Below are positions 27,404-40,541 of a stretch of 64,000 nucleotides of DNA, piece after piece. The stretch comes from Hormiphora californensis. Its lineage: Eukaryota > Animalia > Ctenophora. Position 1 is the first letter of the stretch. Every line of letters starts with the position of its first letter. The translations under genes and the position numbers were made by a program. The notes beneath the pieces are model-generated. The model ran no database searches and had not been told where the DNA came from. It saw nothing but the letters and a program-made list of their open reading frames with translations. The stretch is from positions 3,534,001 to 3,598,000 of the forward strand of contig CM035356.1 in NCBI GenBank assembly GCA_020137815.1. The letters are read 5' to 3'.

Positions 27404-30400
27404 CTATAGGGGAACGTTTCCGAACAGATAGGAGACTGATTCACCGTTGTGTGTCCTCCTAATAGATTCACCAATGATTGAACTCACATCCACAACCTGA
27501 ACAGATAGGAACTGTTTTTAACGGACTGGATGGAGTCAGTTCCAGGAAAAGAGACGGAGCGGGGAGCACCCGATGTTGTCATTGTCAGTTTATTCTGTCT
27601 AGTTTCCGGGTGGTGTCCGTAGCAGCAGCCACGGCACATGTATACCGTCGGTACACAACTATTCGTTGAACGAACTGCCAGTTTGCAATCTCTCCGTCGG
27701 TGTCCAGGTCGCCTGTTGTTGTCACTCTCCGTGGTGTTTCGCGCAATATTCTCCAGAAATTGTGTGCTTTGTATAAGTCAGATGGAGCTGCGCGGACGCT
27801 GTGAGTTGCCGGTTTTGCGGCGCGCACCCACGTGCAGAACCCTGGTCGTCTCCAGGCGAGAGACTTTGGCGAGGCAATGGCAGCTATCTTCTATCTTTTT
27901 TCCCTTTTTTCATTACATTTAAATATAAAACACTGAACACTTCGAGTTTTTTGTTTGCATTTAAAAAATAATGCAGTTGACATGATGGAGCTTGGGGGAT
28001 CAATTTTCTTCATGTTTCAGAACATCAACAGATCACTGAACACTCTCTTTCCGGTCTTACTCCTTTAAAAATTCTCACAGCTTCATCCTCTCTCTCTCGA
28101 GAAATCGGGGACGACAATCGTAAGAAAATCAGTTCGCAAAAAGTAAACCAAAACCCTTATAGTTAAAGAATCTCTGCAATTCTCTTTGGCATTCAAACAC
28201 CAAAATCATAAACATACGGCAAATTGTCTGACGTTTTTATATAAGCATAGATATTTAATATATATATATAAACGAGCGAGTGAGACAGTTTAATTATATA
28301 TAGTGTGTGTTCAGGTGATTAAAAAAGTCTTGCATCTCATCTACAGAGGGATATTTTTTAGAAGATAGCTGATGCTCTCGCCGTTGTGAGTTCGGCGAAT
28401 TGCCTCGCCGAGAATGGAGCTTATATCGATAACCTGTTGGGGGAGAGAAAGGGTTCGTCACCCACACACACATATAATACACGCATGGAGAGAAACAACA
28501 ACAGGGTCTGTCGGGGTTTGAGGTTGTCAGTTGTGCGGTCTGTCAGTTAGAAAGGGGTCAGTCGGTTGGAAAGAAGGGCAGATCGAGGGATAGAAAGAAG
28601 GGGAAATGAGAAATTGATAAAGGAAGAGGAGGAAGGGGAAATATTCACTTGATAAAGGGAGAGAAAGAAGGGGAAGTTGAAACTTGATCGAGAAGATGGG
28701 AGGTAAAGACATGAAGGAAAATAGAAAGATACGCTTGAATAAACAGTCCTCCACTATAGTAGAGTCGATAACTACATCGACCTCTCCCAATTGTTCCAGT
28801 TTTTGTCACATCAGTTTGGAGCCTCGACACGACCTCTAAACAGGTGTTACTTTTTCACAAACTGTTTTCATCTTGGTGTAATCAGCAGTTGAAATGTTGT
28901 TGATCATAACAAAAACCTGACTAAATTTTTTCAACTTGGGGTAAAACCATGGGTGTCAAAAGTTAGCTCTAGGTCCCCTGAGTAACCATCCGGAGACTCC
29001 AAGAGATATTTCAAGCCGTTCTCCTGTAATCATTAATCCCGGTAGAGCACATATTTGAGTATGGACGTACGTGCAATTGCCTACAACCTCAACTTTAATG
29101 TATAACGTTAATGTGCGTCTCTCTCTTTTCTCCCCCTTCAGAAAGAGTTATCTCGCGCGGCGCAACCGCACGTGCGGTTTTTCCAGAGAGAGTGAGAGAC
29201 ATACAATAACATGTAAACAGCCTGCCAGCGCTCACGTACGTCCGCATTGTATTTTTTTCTCCACCGGGATTAGTGATTACGGGAGAACGGCTTGAAATAT
29301 CTCTTAGAGTCTCCGGATGGTTACTCAGGGGACCTAGAGCTAACTTTTGACACCCATGGTTTTACCCCAAGTTGAAAAAATTTAGTCAGGTTTTTGTTAT
29401 GATCAGCAACATTTCAACTGCTGATTACACCAAGATGAAAACAGTTTGTGAAAAAGTAACACCTGTTTAGAGGTCGTGTCGAGGCTCCAAACAGATGTGA
29501 CAAAAACTGGAACAATTGGGAGAGGTCGATGTAGTTATCGACTCTACTACTACTCAGTTTCCCCTGTTGAAGTTCACAGAAAAGCAAACAAGACCACCCA
29601 CGTCCCCTAATGTTATCATATTCTCCTAAATCTAAACAAGACCACCAACCCCGATCTCAATTATACTCAAGTCACGAACTTCCAAGTCACGAACTTCCAA
29701 TATCTTTTCTATCGAGTATGACGGAACAGTGGTGGCTGGTGCTTCGTCATATTGGCCGCCAGCACAGCCCAAAGCACAAAATTGTGGACAACACTTTGGG
29801 TGACGGTTTATGCGTGCAGCCAATATGACGGAGCACCACTGTAATACTTTTACTTTTAAACTTTTATTTGTGTCATGTTTTTAACAGTTGAGTAAGACTG
29901 TTTCTGAAACATTCGATGCAATACGTAACTTATCCTATTTTTACGATTTAATGCGTGACGTCTGTCTTATGATTTATCTGTCTCTATTCTCATTTCTCTC
30001 TCTACCCTCGGCATCCCTCTTGTCAAGCAATGCAATATATGTCCCCTCCCCCTTATTAACATTTCCCCAGCAATAAACCATTCTTTTTCTCTCGTATCAT
30101 ATCCCTTTTCTTTTCCATTTCGGCACTCTTTTCTCGCTCTTTCTATGTTACTCTCTCCTCGCAAGCAAGCAGTGTATTGGAACAAGGCCACTAGATAATC
30201 ATGTGACCAACTGAGTCCTGAGACCACTTCTACACTTCTCCACTTCTCCAATGGCCTTATTTTCTCTCCTAAGTATATCTTCTCTCTGTCAAAAAAGCTT
30301 GGTTACGAAGTTACCCCTTGCCAGCGCGCGCGAAGGTCGCCCGGCTAAACAGAGTGTGAGGTGTCTTCGATACCAACAAAAAAGCAGGATTCCACTTGAT

Positions 30401-33400
30401 AAAGGAGAAAAGACGCCCCTTATCTCTCCACTCCTTCTCAAATTTCTCCGTTTCCCGGGTCACATTTGCTATGTGCAAAGTCCTTCTCTCCCATTTCTCA
30501 CGTCCCCTATTTCTCTCTCCCATTTCTCAAGTCCCCTATTTCTCTCCTCACTTCTTGCATATATATGTTATCGTACTGCAATGCACTGATAAAAATGTGC
30601 TAGCTGCAGGTTTACATAATGTGATTGTCGAGAGAAAGAGGGAAGTAAGTGAGAGACAAGCATCGAAATATAGAAAGTGAGAAAGAAAAATAATGATAGA
30701 GAACCAGAGAGAGAAAGAGGGAGAGAACCAGAGAGAGAGAAAGAGGGAGAGAAAGAGGGAGAGAACCAGAGAGAGAACCAGAGAGAGAAAGAGGGAGAGA
30801 AGAAAAGAAGAGAAGAAGAAGGTGTAGGGGATCCTCTCATCTGATCTTCGGACCTGGATTTTAGGACACCGTGCGATCTTTTCGTGCTGAGGTATCGTAT
30901 TGCTGACAACGATCGCCTCAATACAGCTCTCCATCAACCTGCGAGGAAAGAGGTGGTTAGTTGAGAACAGTGATTTAGAAGAAAGAGGTGGTTAGTTGAG
31001 AACAGTGATTTAGGGTGAGCGATTTTGCCTTGTTCGACCCTCCCTCCCCGCACCGGTTTGACCAAATCAAGAGAAATTGACAAATGACAAGCTACTTCTG
31101 CTAGATTATATTGTGTCCCATTCTCTAAATCAAAAACAAATAAATAGTAAATGGTACGCATTATTCTCGCCCTTACCCGACCTCAGCCGCCCGACCACAG
31201 ACCTTAATATGATAAGGGGGGATGACACGTGACAGTCACGAGCAACCGTCGGTAGCCTACCGACAGACACGATTAATATTGAATATTATATGCACGGAGA
31301 GAGAGCAGCAGGTAATGGTATGGAGAAGATAGAGTGAAGGTGAGAATATGAAAAAGACCCCACAAAATGTCCCTCTTTTCCTTCAAGTTTTCCCAGGCCA
31401 CAATCCCCACTACCCTCCTCTCCCCTACAACCCACAATGGCGATTGTCTATTACAAAACCTAATTATCCTAGACCGGGGTAGTCCCAATCCTATCCGATT
31501 TCCTCCCACTATGTCCCTTCCAAGATACTGTAACGGGAGAAAGATTGGATTTAGAAGGACTTTCAGCTGTATTATAGGAAAAGTCCTCCTGTATCCAATC
31601 ATTCTCCCATAACAGGTGGCATTCGATTCTGAGTTTCGCAACATTGAGATGTGTTCTTATTGTGAGTTTTAAAATCACACCCCAGTTTAATTCTTGTCAA
31701 TACTTTTCAGTCCTCGGAATTACCTATTGAGTATTGACAACTAGGCCAGTCATATGATGTCGGATGTAGATCAAAATTCACCATAAAAGTTGTAAATCTA
31801 ATTCCACTTCTAAGGAACTCTAATAGGTCCCTAGAATCACCAAAAAAATCCTTCGCGATTTTCGCGGTGAAGAACTTAGGTTTTTGGGCCACGCCCTTTT
31901 ACCTATATTTTTAGCCTGCTTTGTAAAATGTAACATGGCTTAGGAACGGAGTAGAGACAAAACTGAGGGCACTAAAGTGATCAGCGTCCTCGCATTAGTG
32001 GGGGTAGACACCGAAATTAAGTCTCTATCTCATCTGGTTAATTAGATAATTAGATAATTAGCTTTGCGCATAACCGTTTTTGAGCTATATGGCTATAGCC
32101 ACTTAGGAATGGTTTAGAGACTTTTCACGGGTGCCATTTTGTAGGCAATGTCCAAGTTATGGGGGGTCGACGTCGGACTTTTAAGCTCTGTTTCCAACCG
32201 TTTAGCCGTTATTTGGCTCTAAAGGTGCTTAAAATCGGGCTTTTTACCGTTTTTTGCCCATTTTGGGCACCTTTAAAGCCAAATAACGGCTAAACGGTTG
32301 GAAATAGAGCTTAAAAGTCCGACGTCGACCCCCCATAAATTGGCCATTGCCTACAAAATGGCACCAGTGAAAAGTCTCTTAACCATTCCTAAGTGGCTAT
32401 AGCCATATAGCCCAAAAACGGTTATGTGCAAAGCTAATTATCTAATTATCTAATTAACCAGATGAGATAGAGACTCAATTCCGGTACCTGCCCCCACTAA
32501 TTCGAGGACGCTGATCACTTTGGTGCCCTCGATTTCATCTCTACTCGTTTCCTAAGATGGTTTTTACCATATAGCCACAAAACGGTTATGTGCGCATCTA
32601 ATTATCCAATTATCTAATGAACCTGAAAAGATAGAGACTTAATTTCGGTGTCTACCCCCACTAATGCGAGGACGCTGATCACTTTAGTGCCCTCAGTTTT
32701 GTCTCTACTCCGTTCCTAAGCCATGTTACGTCTTACAAAACAGGCTAAAAACATAGGTAAAAGGGCGTGGCCCAAAAACCTAAGTTCTTCACCTCGAAAT
32801 TCGCGAAGGATTTTTTTGGTGATTCTAGGGACCTATTAGAGTACCCTAGAAGTGGAATTAGATTTACAACTTTTATGGTGAGAAAAAAACGTCATATGAC
32901 TGGCCTAAACCCCAAATAATTACCTATTGAGTGCTGGACCACTAAACACACCATGAGTCATTACAGCGTAGACGCACTTGGCCCCTGCTTCTCTTAACCT
33001 GGAGAGGTATCACGTGTTAACCTGTATCACGTGACAGTATTTAAAGTCATGTTGTTATAGTCACGTGTTATAATGTGAACATGGCCACAAAAATGGAAAA
33101 AGCTGTACGTGAGGAGAGTAATGATTTAGCGTTATGTTTGCTTGTCATGTTCCAGAGACAAGGTGTCAAGTAGAGTTGGAGGTGGGGCTCTGTAGGAAAT
33201 CTGGTGACTAGAATAAAATCTCTCGACGAACAGATCTGTACCTATACGACAATTTGCCTTGCTCGACCCTTTTTTTAAAACGAAGTAAAATGGGTTTGAA
33301 CAAGACGAACAGACAATGTGTTAAACTTACTTCTCTGCTGCTTTAACTACAGTCCCACAGGTATCAGCCATGTCATCAACAATAATGGCAGTCCTATTGG

Positions 33401-36400
33401 TAACATCTCCCACCAGTGTCATTCTCTCTACCTCGTTCGCAATGGCTCTCTGGGGGGGGGGAAGAGTGGGATGTTAGGAGAGAATGATAGCGGGGGGGGG
33501 GAGAGGGGGATGTTAAGAGAGAATAATAACTCTCTGGGGAAAGAGAGGGATGTTAGGACTTAGGAGATCATAATAGCTCTCTGGGGGAGGGGGAGGGGGA
33601 TGTTAGGAGAGAATGGTAGCTGGATTCAGCGCAGCAGAAGAATAAGAAGGATAGTTTATAACTTTTCTGGCCGAAATTCTCAAGCTAATAACTTGGGAAG
33701 CTACAATAGGACGTGCTATTAAAGTGTTAACATCTGCTGCACTATTATACAAGCAGACTTCTGAGGAACAGATGCAAATAGAGATAGTTCTAGTGCTAAT
33801 ATATATTTTCGTAGAAGGACAGAGTGTGATAATGTACAAGCCTTTATTTACCACTGTTTACATTTTATACATGCCTGCTACAGCTGCATCCGGCATTTCA
33901 GTGACACTTTTCATCAGACAGAGAGGGAGGGATAGAGAAATGGAGAGAGAGGGATAGAGAAATGAAGAGAGAGGGATAGAGAAATGGAGAGAGAGGGATA
34001 GAGAAATGGAGGGCTAGAGAGATGGATAGAGAAATGGAGAGAGATGGATAGAGAAATGGAGAGAGAGAGGGATAGAGAAATGGAGGGCTAGAGAGATGGA
34101 TAGAGAAATGGAGAGAGATGGATAGAGAAATGGAGAGAGAGGGATAGAGAAATGGAGGGCTAGAGAAACGTGCCGTGTAAATTGTGTTTTAAAACCAACG
34201 CCCAGCTTAGCTGAACATAGCGTGACCGCTTATGATATAATGAATGAAACATAAAGCGATGGGAGAGAGAAAGAGAGAGAAAGAGAGAAAGAAAAAAGAG
34301 AGAGAAAGGGAGAGTAAGTATTGGAATTCAGTTCCGGAAATGAACAAAGTTTTTGAAAATATTCTGCATCGCTCTTTATGTTTATTTTGCGAGGAATATT
34401 TTAGACGTCATGATATATTTCGCCGTACGTAAGAGCGTCGAGCGCTATATAAACATTGTGTTTAAACCTCATGTTTGAGTAACACGTGCAATAAACGTGA
34501 AACTTAGTGAACAAACAGACGGACGAACATACAGTGAACAATTTCATTAACATTCGGCTGGTCAATTTATTACTTCAGAGTTCAGTTGACCAGATTATAT
34601 TTCGTGTTTATCAGAGAAAGTCTAATACACATGGATGAGGTATAAGGAGAAGGACATTATGTCCTGGGCAGAGAGATAAAGAGCACATGATGTGGTCTGT
34701 ATTTTCAAGGACTGTGACCTGCGTGTTAGCAAATATGGACTTTTGCCAAGAAACATAAATTTGGAGTAGCAGAGAGAAAGCGATGGAAAGAGAGAGAATA
34801 AGAAAGCTGGAGACAGAGACGCATGGAAAGGAGTAAATGACCTCTTTTTCCGCCGGATATAGCGACAACAAATTGGATGTGAGCTGATGTAAGCCTCCTA
34901 AATGTCCAATATCGGCGTATTGCCCCTACTGTCTTCTGACACGCTTCCTTCTTGCCCCCCCCCCCCAAATCGAATGAAGTGTGACAGAAAAGATAACACT
35001 TCTCAGCACACGTACATAGAAAACAGGCCAGACTTCAAATATATTCTGACAGTTCAACGTTCCTACGACCTCTAGTTGACGTCAGAGGGAATAATTAAGG
35101 GTACACCTCGGCAAAATTTTTGTCGAGTGCCCGCTTAGCTCTCCATATGGGGTTGTAGGGCATACCAAGCCGACCTCAAATATGCAATTTTAGCCCTTAA
35201 CTCGAATTCATATTTTTGCTACAGCCCCTCAAAGTTTGACCCTAAAAACCGGTTTTTAAGGTCCCTAAATTTTATTTTTAGGGCTAGAAAGCTGAAAATT
35301 TAGGGATTCATAGAGGATACCAAGGTGTATAGCTCAAACAGAAATTTTTTGAAATGGAGCTCAATTTTTTGTCTGAGACTATTTTACTTTTTTTGACTTT
35401 GAGGCCATATTTGGACATGTTCCTATGGACCGTTAAGGCTAAAAATTGGATATTTGGTGCTCCTAACAATTGTCAAAGTAGCCACAAATTTTCAGGAGGT
35501 CCGAATTTGAAATGTGGCCTACAGGTTTCTTTTTGTAAAGCACATATTTTAGGAAAACTTAAAATGGCTATATCTCAAAAACGGTAGGTCCTAGCGATCT
35601 AATTTCGTGCTAAATCGATTCAGCGGGTCCGATTTTGGGGGGGTCGTCTCTTAGACATTTTGCTCTAAGTCTAACCGTTTTTTCAGAAATCGTATTTTAA
35701 GGTTTGTACATGTTTAGCAGAAATAGGTAAGATTAGCTCTAGCTAGAAGCATTTCTGCTAAACATGTACAAACCTTAAAATACGATTTCTGAAAAAACGG
35801 TTAGACTTAGAGCAAAATGTCTAAGAGACGACCCCCCCAAAATCGGACCCACTGAATCGATTTAGCACGAAATTAGATCGCTAGGACCTACCGTTTTTGA
35901 GATATAGCCATTTTAAGTTTTCCTAAAATATGTGCTTTACAAAAAGAAACCTGTAGGCCACATTTCAAATTCGGACCTCCTGAAAATTTGTGGCTACTTT
36001 GACAATTGTTAGGAGCACCAAATATCCAATTTTTAGCCTTAACGGTCCATAGGAACATGTCCAAATATGGCCTCAAAGTCAAAAAAAGTAAAATAGTCTC
36101 AGACAAAAAATTGAGCTCCATTTCAAAAAATTTCTGTTTGAGCTATACACCTTGGTATCCTCTATGAATCCCTAAATTTTCAGCTTTCTAGCCCTAAAAA
36201 TAAAATTTAGGGACCTTAAAAACCGGTTTTTAGGGTCAAACTTTGAGGGGCTGTAGCAAAAATATGAATTCGAGTTAAGGGCTAAAATTGCATATTTGAG
36301 GTCGGCTTGGTATGCCCTACAACCCCATATGGAGAGCTAAGCGGGCACTCGACAAAAATTTTGCCGAGGTGTACCCTTAAATGGAAAAGAGGGAGTGATA

Positions 36401-38249
36401 AAGATGGAAGGAGAAAAAGAGGAGTTGAGAAGTTCTCAACTCCTCTTTTGGAGAACGAAATATAATGCTGAATAATGTTATGATTTAGGCTAACGATTAT
36501 AGGCGATTAAAATTCCCCCAAGGGGACAGTACGTGTCCTATTCTCAGGCTAAATAACATGATTCGATTTGTGGAATATAAGACCACCAAGGGCCTAGGTA
36601 TGTTAAAACCGCATGATAAAGGACATGATAATAACACAAACCTCTTTATGGATCAGGGCAAAGTTGACGTTTAACCGATCAGCAATGGAGACGACCCTCT
36701 TAGCGCCACCCGCATCTGGTGAGACAATCGTGCAATCTCTCCAGTTCTGAAAAGAGGGATTTATAGTTAGGGAGGGAAGAGGGAAGAGGGCAATTAGTGT
36801 CTCTGGTCTCATTATGAATAGAGGGGCGACTGTTTAGACGTGTCATAGTCTGTAGTAAGGTAGAAATGAGTATTTACCTAGTGTATCAAAATATTATCCT
36901 TCAACCTAGCACCTTCCGGGAGAGAGGAGAGAAATGTTACGACGTATACGTACGTCAGAGAGCACGACAAAGATAGAAAAATAACTGTGATTTAGAATAT
37001 AATCTTGTTCAAATTGACCTAAGAAGTACACAAACAATTCACAGGTTTCCAGGAAACCGTTCTTTATTTATTTCGCACTTCCTCTTCTTCTGAATTTTTC
37101 TCTTCATCTCACTCTCTAAAAAGTATTCCAGAATAAAGTCTATATTTAGTTTTTCTCTCTCTCTCAACTTCATTGGTCTGGTTAAGTTCAAAATAGTTTA
37201 GACATGACCTCTAGGAGCAAAGGAGTGCATCACTCTCACGAGTAAAATTTAGTTGTAGGTAGTCGGCCTCTGAACCTACAAGACATTAACAGAGAAAGAA
37301 ATGTATGTTGTAGAGACAACGCTCTCTACAGCAGTAATACCCTAATACCCCTAAGATACATCAGGCGAGTGGCTAATTCTACATTTCCTTATGCCTCATA
37401 CTACACTCAGTCTCCTTCTCACTGACAAATTTGGAAAATATTCAAATCAGCCACCAGAATACAATCGCTAACATCATAACTCAGACCCAATTTCATCAAG
37501 ATCGTATGAATTAACTAAGGTTATACCTGAATATTTTCCTTGATCCATTTCAGGACGGCGGGCTCTGCGTACAGGTTGTCTACTGGGATATCAAAGAATC
37601 CCTGGATCTGTGAGGCATGCAGGTCCATCGTAATGATGTGGTCTGCACCCGCTACTGACAGCATGTTAGCTACCAACTTGGCAGAGATAGGAGCACGGCT
37701 CTGGAAGGAGAGTTTGTTAGATACAGAAATAAATCTCTTGGGGATGTGGCTTCCCTTCAAAAGACAAGAAAATGTACAAATGGCTTCGGCAGTGTGTTGG
37801 TGAACGCTATTGAGCACATCTCGTAACACTAGGGAACTAACCTTGTCCTTTTTGTCTTGTCGAGCGTAGGGATAACAGGGAATAACAGCGGTGACTCTCT
37901 CGGCGCTGGCAATCTTGCAGGCGTGTATCATGATTAACAGTTCCATCAGATGATCATTCACTTCACCACAACCTGAATATGATGCTGGAAATGGCCATCA
38001 ACATTCACACCTTCACACGCTCACCCATTCACTAACTGCAGGCGGACTCACCACACACATTTGGTATTTCTTACCGGACTGTAGGATATAAACATCTTCT
38101 CCTCGGACACTCTCCCCAATCTCAACACATGTTTCTTGGTTAGCAAACTTTTTAAGCACCACCTTGCTTGGCTCTGTTCCAAGGCGCTGAGCGATCCTTT
38201 GGGCCAGCTCTGGGTGGGAGTTGCCAGCGAAGATCTTGATATTAGGCAT
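27404..38249 (-). CDS. PRPS1: Ribose-phosphate pyrophosphokinase (PRPP synthetase); exons approx 38249-38075, 37971-37842, 37700-37527, 36748-36642, 33450-33330, 32998-32924, 30938-30853, 27496-27404
   Basis: [16 protein letters not shown]; [24 protein letters not shown]; [10 protein letters not shown]; [11 protein letters not shown]; THGVFSGPA; last exon [19 protein letters not shown]. Confidence 0.95.
28757..29549. mobile_element. Long-TIR non-autonomous element, TAG...CTA termini, 3-bp TSD CTA (Academ-like)
   Basis: CTA|TAGTAGAGTCGATAACTAC...GTAGTTATCGACTCTACTA|CTA; arms approx 290 bp; in the last PRPS intron. Confidence 0.85.
31744..32905. mobile_element. Foldback element, GGCC termini flanked by TA, with nested internal inverted subrepeats
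   Basis: TA|GGCCAGTCATATGA...TCATATGACTGGCC|TA; arms are reverse-complementary over most of their length; in a PRPS intron. Confidence 0.85.
33920..34168. repeat. 20-bp purine-rich tandem repeat (GAGAGAGGGATAGAGAAATG)
   Basis: Direct inspection. Confidence 0.9.
35099..36376. mobile_element. Near-perfect 1.28-kb palindrome, TTAA TSD, GG...CC termini (Kolobok-like)
   Basis: TTAA|GGGTACACCTCGGC...GCCGAGGTGTACCC|TTAA; spacer approx 25 nt near 35725-35750; the identical 77-aa ORF on both strands reflects arm identity. Confidence 0.92.
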
Positions 38250-38719
38250 CCTGCGGCTTAACTAGAGGGATCAAGTGAGTAAAGTGGAATCACACCCACT
38301 GGAAACTCAGCTAGAACAAATTCAGAACTAATGGGTTTAGGAAGATAGTGCCATGCAGTAGATAATGGCTGACCAACAAGACAGAGAGAGAGATTATAAC
38401 AGTGATCATTCGAACAGCAGAGGTCCCGAGGCTGTGGCCTGTGGTCCGTGGATCGGGCCGTGGAGGCGTTGCAAGAGGTTAGAGGACAAAAGTCGCGTTT
38501 TTCAGGAGCTTTTTCGAAAGAAAAAAACTTCTGCTGAAAATAAAAAAGAGAAATTATTCCAAGTTTATGTTTTCAAGTAAATTGCGAAGCATTATTTGTA
38601 GCGCGCGAATAATTTTATGTTTACGCTGCATTACATCTTCAAAATGTCTGTTTTTGAATTTGTTTGCACTCCGCAAACGTCTCCGACCACATTTGGTTTA
38701 AACCGGTTTCTTCTGAAAT

Positions 38720-38810
38720 GTTTGGTTACACGCTCTGGTTACACGTTTTGGTTACACTTTTTGGTTGCACGTTTTGGTTACACTTTTTTGTTACACTTTT
38801 TGGTTACACT
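38720..38810. repeat. Short tandem repeat (TTTTGGTTACAC-like, approx 15 bp)
   Basis: About 6 copies upstream of PRPS. Confidence 0.8.
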
Positions 38811-38937
38811 GCACTTGCACTTTTAGGTTTTACTTCTCACCCCGATAGGGATCCCTAAAAAAGTTCAGTATTTACACAGTCTTTACACAGTCATCCCTAT
38901 GCTGAACTTTTCAGTTTCAACTTTCAAGTCCTTTGTA

Positions 38938-40499
38938 CAGGGTGTCCCATATATTCTCCGGGTCGGTTGGCGAGCTGTCACGCAAAAACGGTGATAGTTG
39001 TGTGAAAACAAACTGCGGGAGTGTGCTGGATTAATTCCTTCCTAACTGATGGCTTTGTTTTAAAATTAAATTTCAAAAGTTCATTTTTCATGAATGAACA
39101 TTGCTGCCGTTCATTCATGAATTCTGAAATATTGTTTACCTTGAGTAAGTAACTTTTCTTTGGCTCGCAATTATCTTTCCAATGAGCACCATAAAACTCA
39201 AATTGAAGCACCAGGTCACATGACAGTTGAGAAAATGAACATGCATGATTTTGGCTCTTTTTGCGACTTTCAATCGGCTGTATCACCGCTACCTTATCTT
39301 CAATCTTTTTGAAACTTTGGGTGAACATTGGATAAGCAAAGATCTTTGCTCACAAGAAAAATCAAGGTCAAAACTCAAAGTTCATTTTTAAGTTTTGGTA
39401 GTTCATTCCACTCATTCAGGAACCACCAACCCTAAAGTGATGAAAAGTGTTGGATTTTGTTTGGCCCATGTCCTGCAATGACAGAGAGGTGTAGTGACGT
39501 GTTTCAGAGCTAGTTAGTGGGTGTCATGTGATCATGGTGATATCTGACACCTTCGTTGAGTAATAATTAAGGGATTTTCTCGAATTCAAGCATGTGATTT
39601 GGGTTTTCTGCGATTGGTATCGTGCAGCAATGTTAAGAGATCTCATAGCCCCTCGAAAATGATGGTTAGTTCAATGAAATGAGTTGATTTATTATCGAAA
39701 ATGGTCGTTGAGTTCAATGTGGCATCGGTTTTAATCTTATTGAGCATAAATCAACTCAATTCATTGAACTTTTCATCATTTTCGAGGTGCTATGAGATCT
39801 CTCAAGATTGCTGCACGATACCAATCGCAGAAGACCCGAATCACATGCTTTAATTTGAGAAAATCTCTTAATTATTGCTCAACGAAGGTGTCAGATATCG
39901 TCATGATCACATGGCACCCACTAACTAGCTCGGAAACACGTTACTACACCTCTCTGTCATTGCAGGACATGGACCAAGCAAAATCCAACACTTTTCATCA
40001 CTTTAGGGTTGTTTGTTCCTGAATGAGTGGAATGAACTACCAAAACTTAAAAATGAACTTTGAGTTTTGACCTTGATTTTTCTTGTGAGCAAAGATCTTT
40101 GCTTATCCAATGTTCACCCAAAGTTTCAAAAAGATTGAAGATAAGGTAGCGGTGATACAGCCGATTGAAAGTCGCAAAAAGAGCCAAAATCATGCATGTT
40201 CATTTTCTCAACTGTCATGTGACCTGGTGCTTCAATTTGAGTTTTATGGTGCTCATTGGAAAGATAATTGCGAGCCAAAGAAAAGTTACTTACTCAAGGT
40301 AAACAATATTTCAGAATTCATGAATGAACGGCAGCAATGTTCATTCATGAAAAATGAACTTTTGAAATTTAATTTTAAAACAAAGCCATCAGTTAGGAAG
40401 GAATTAATCCAGCACACTCCCGCAGTTTGTTTTCACACAACTATCACCGTTTTTCGTGACAGCTCGCCAACCGACCCGGAGAATATATGGGACACCCTG
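38938..40499. mobile_element. 1.56-kb foldback element, TA TSD, CAGGGTG termini (Tc1/mariner-like)
   Basis: TA|CAGGGTGTCCCATATATTCTCC...GGAGAATATATGGGACACCCTG|TA; arms approx 750 bp. Confidence 0.92.
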
Positions 40500-40541
40500 T
40501 ATACCATTCCAATGACCGATTTATTTAACTTGAATTTAAGC

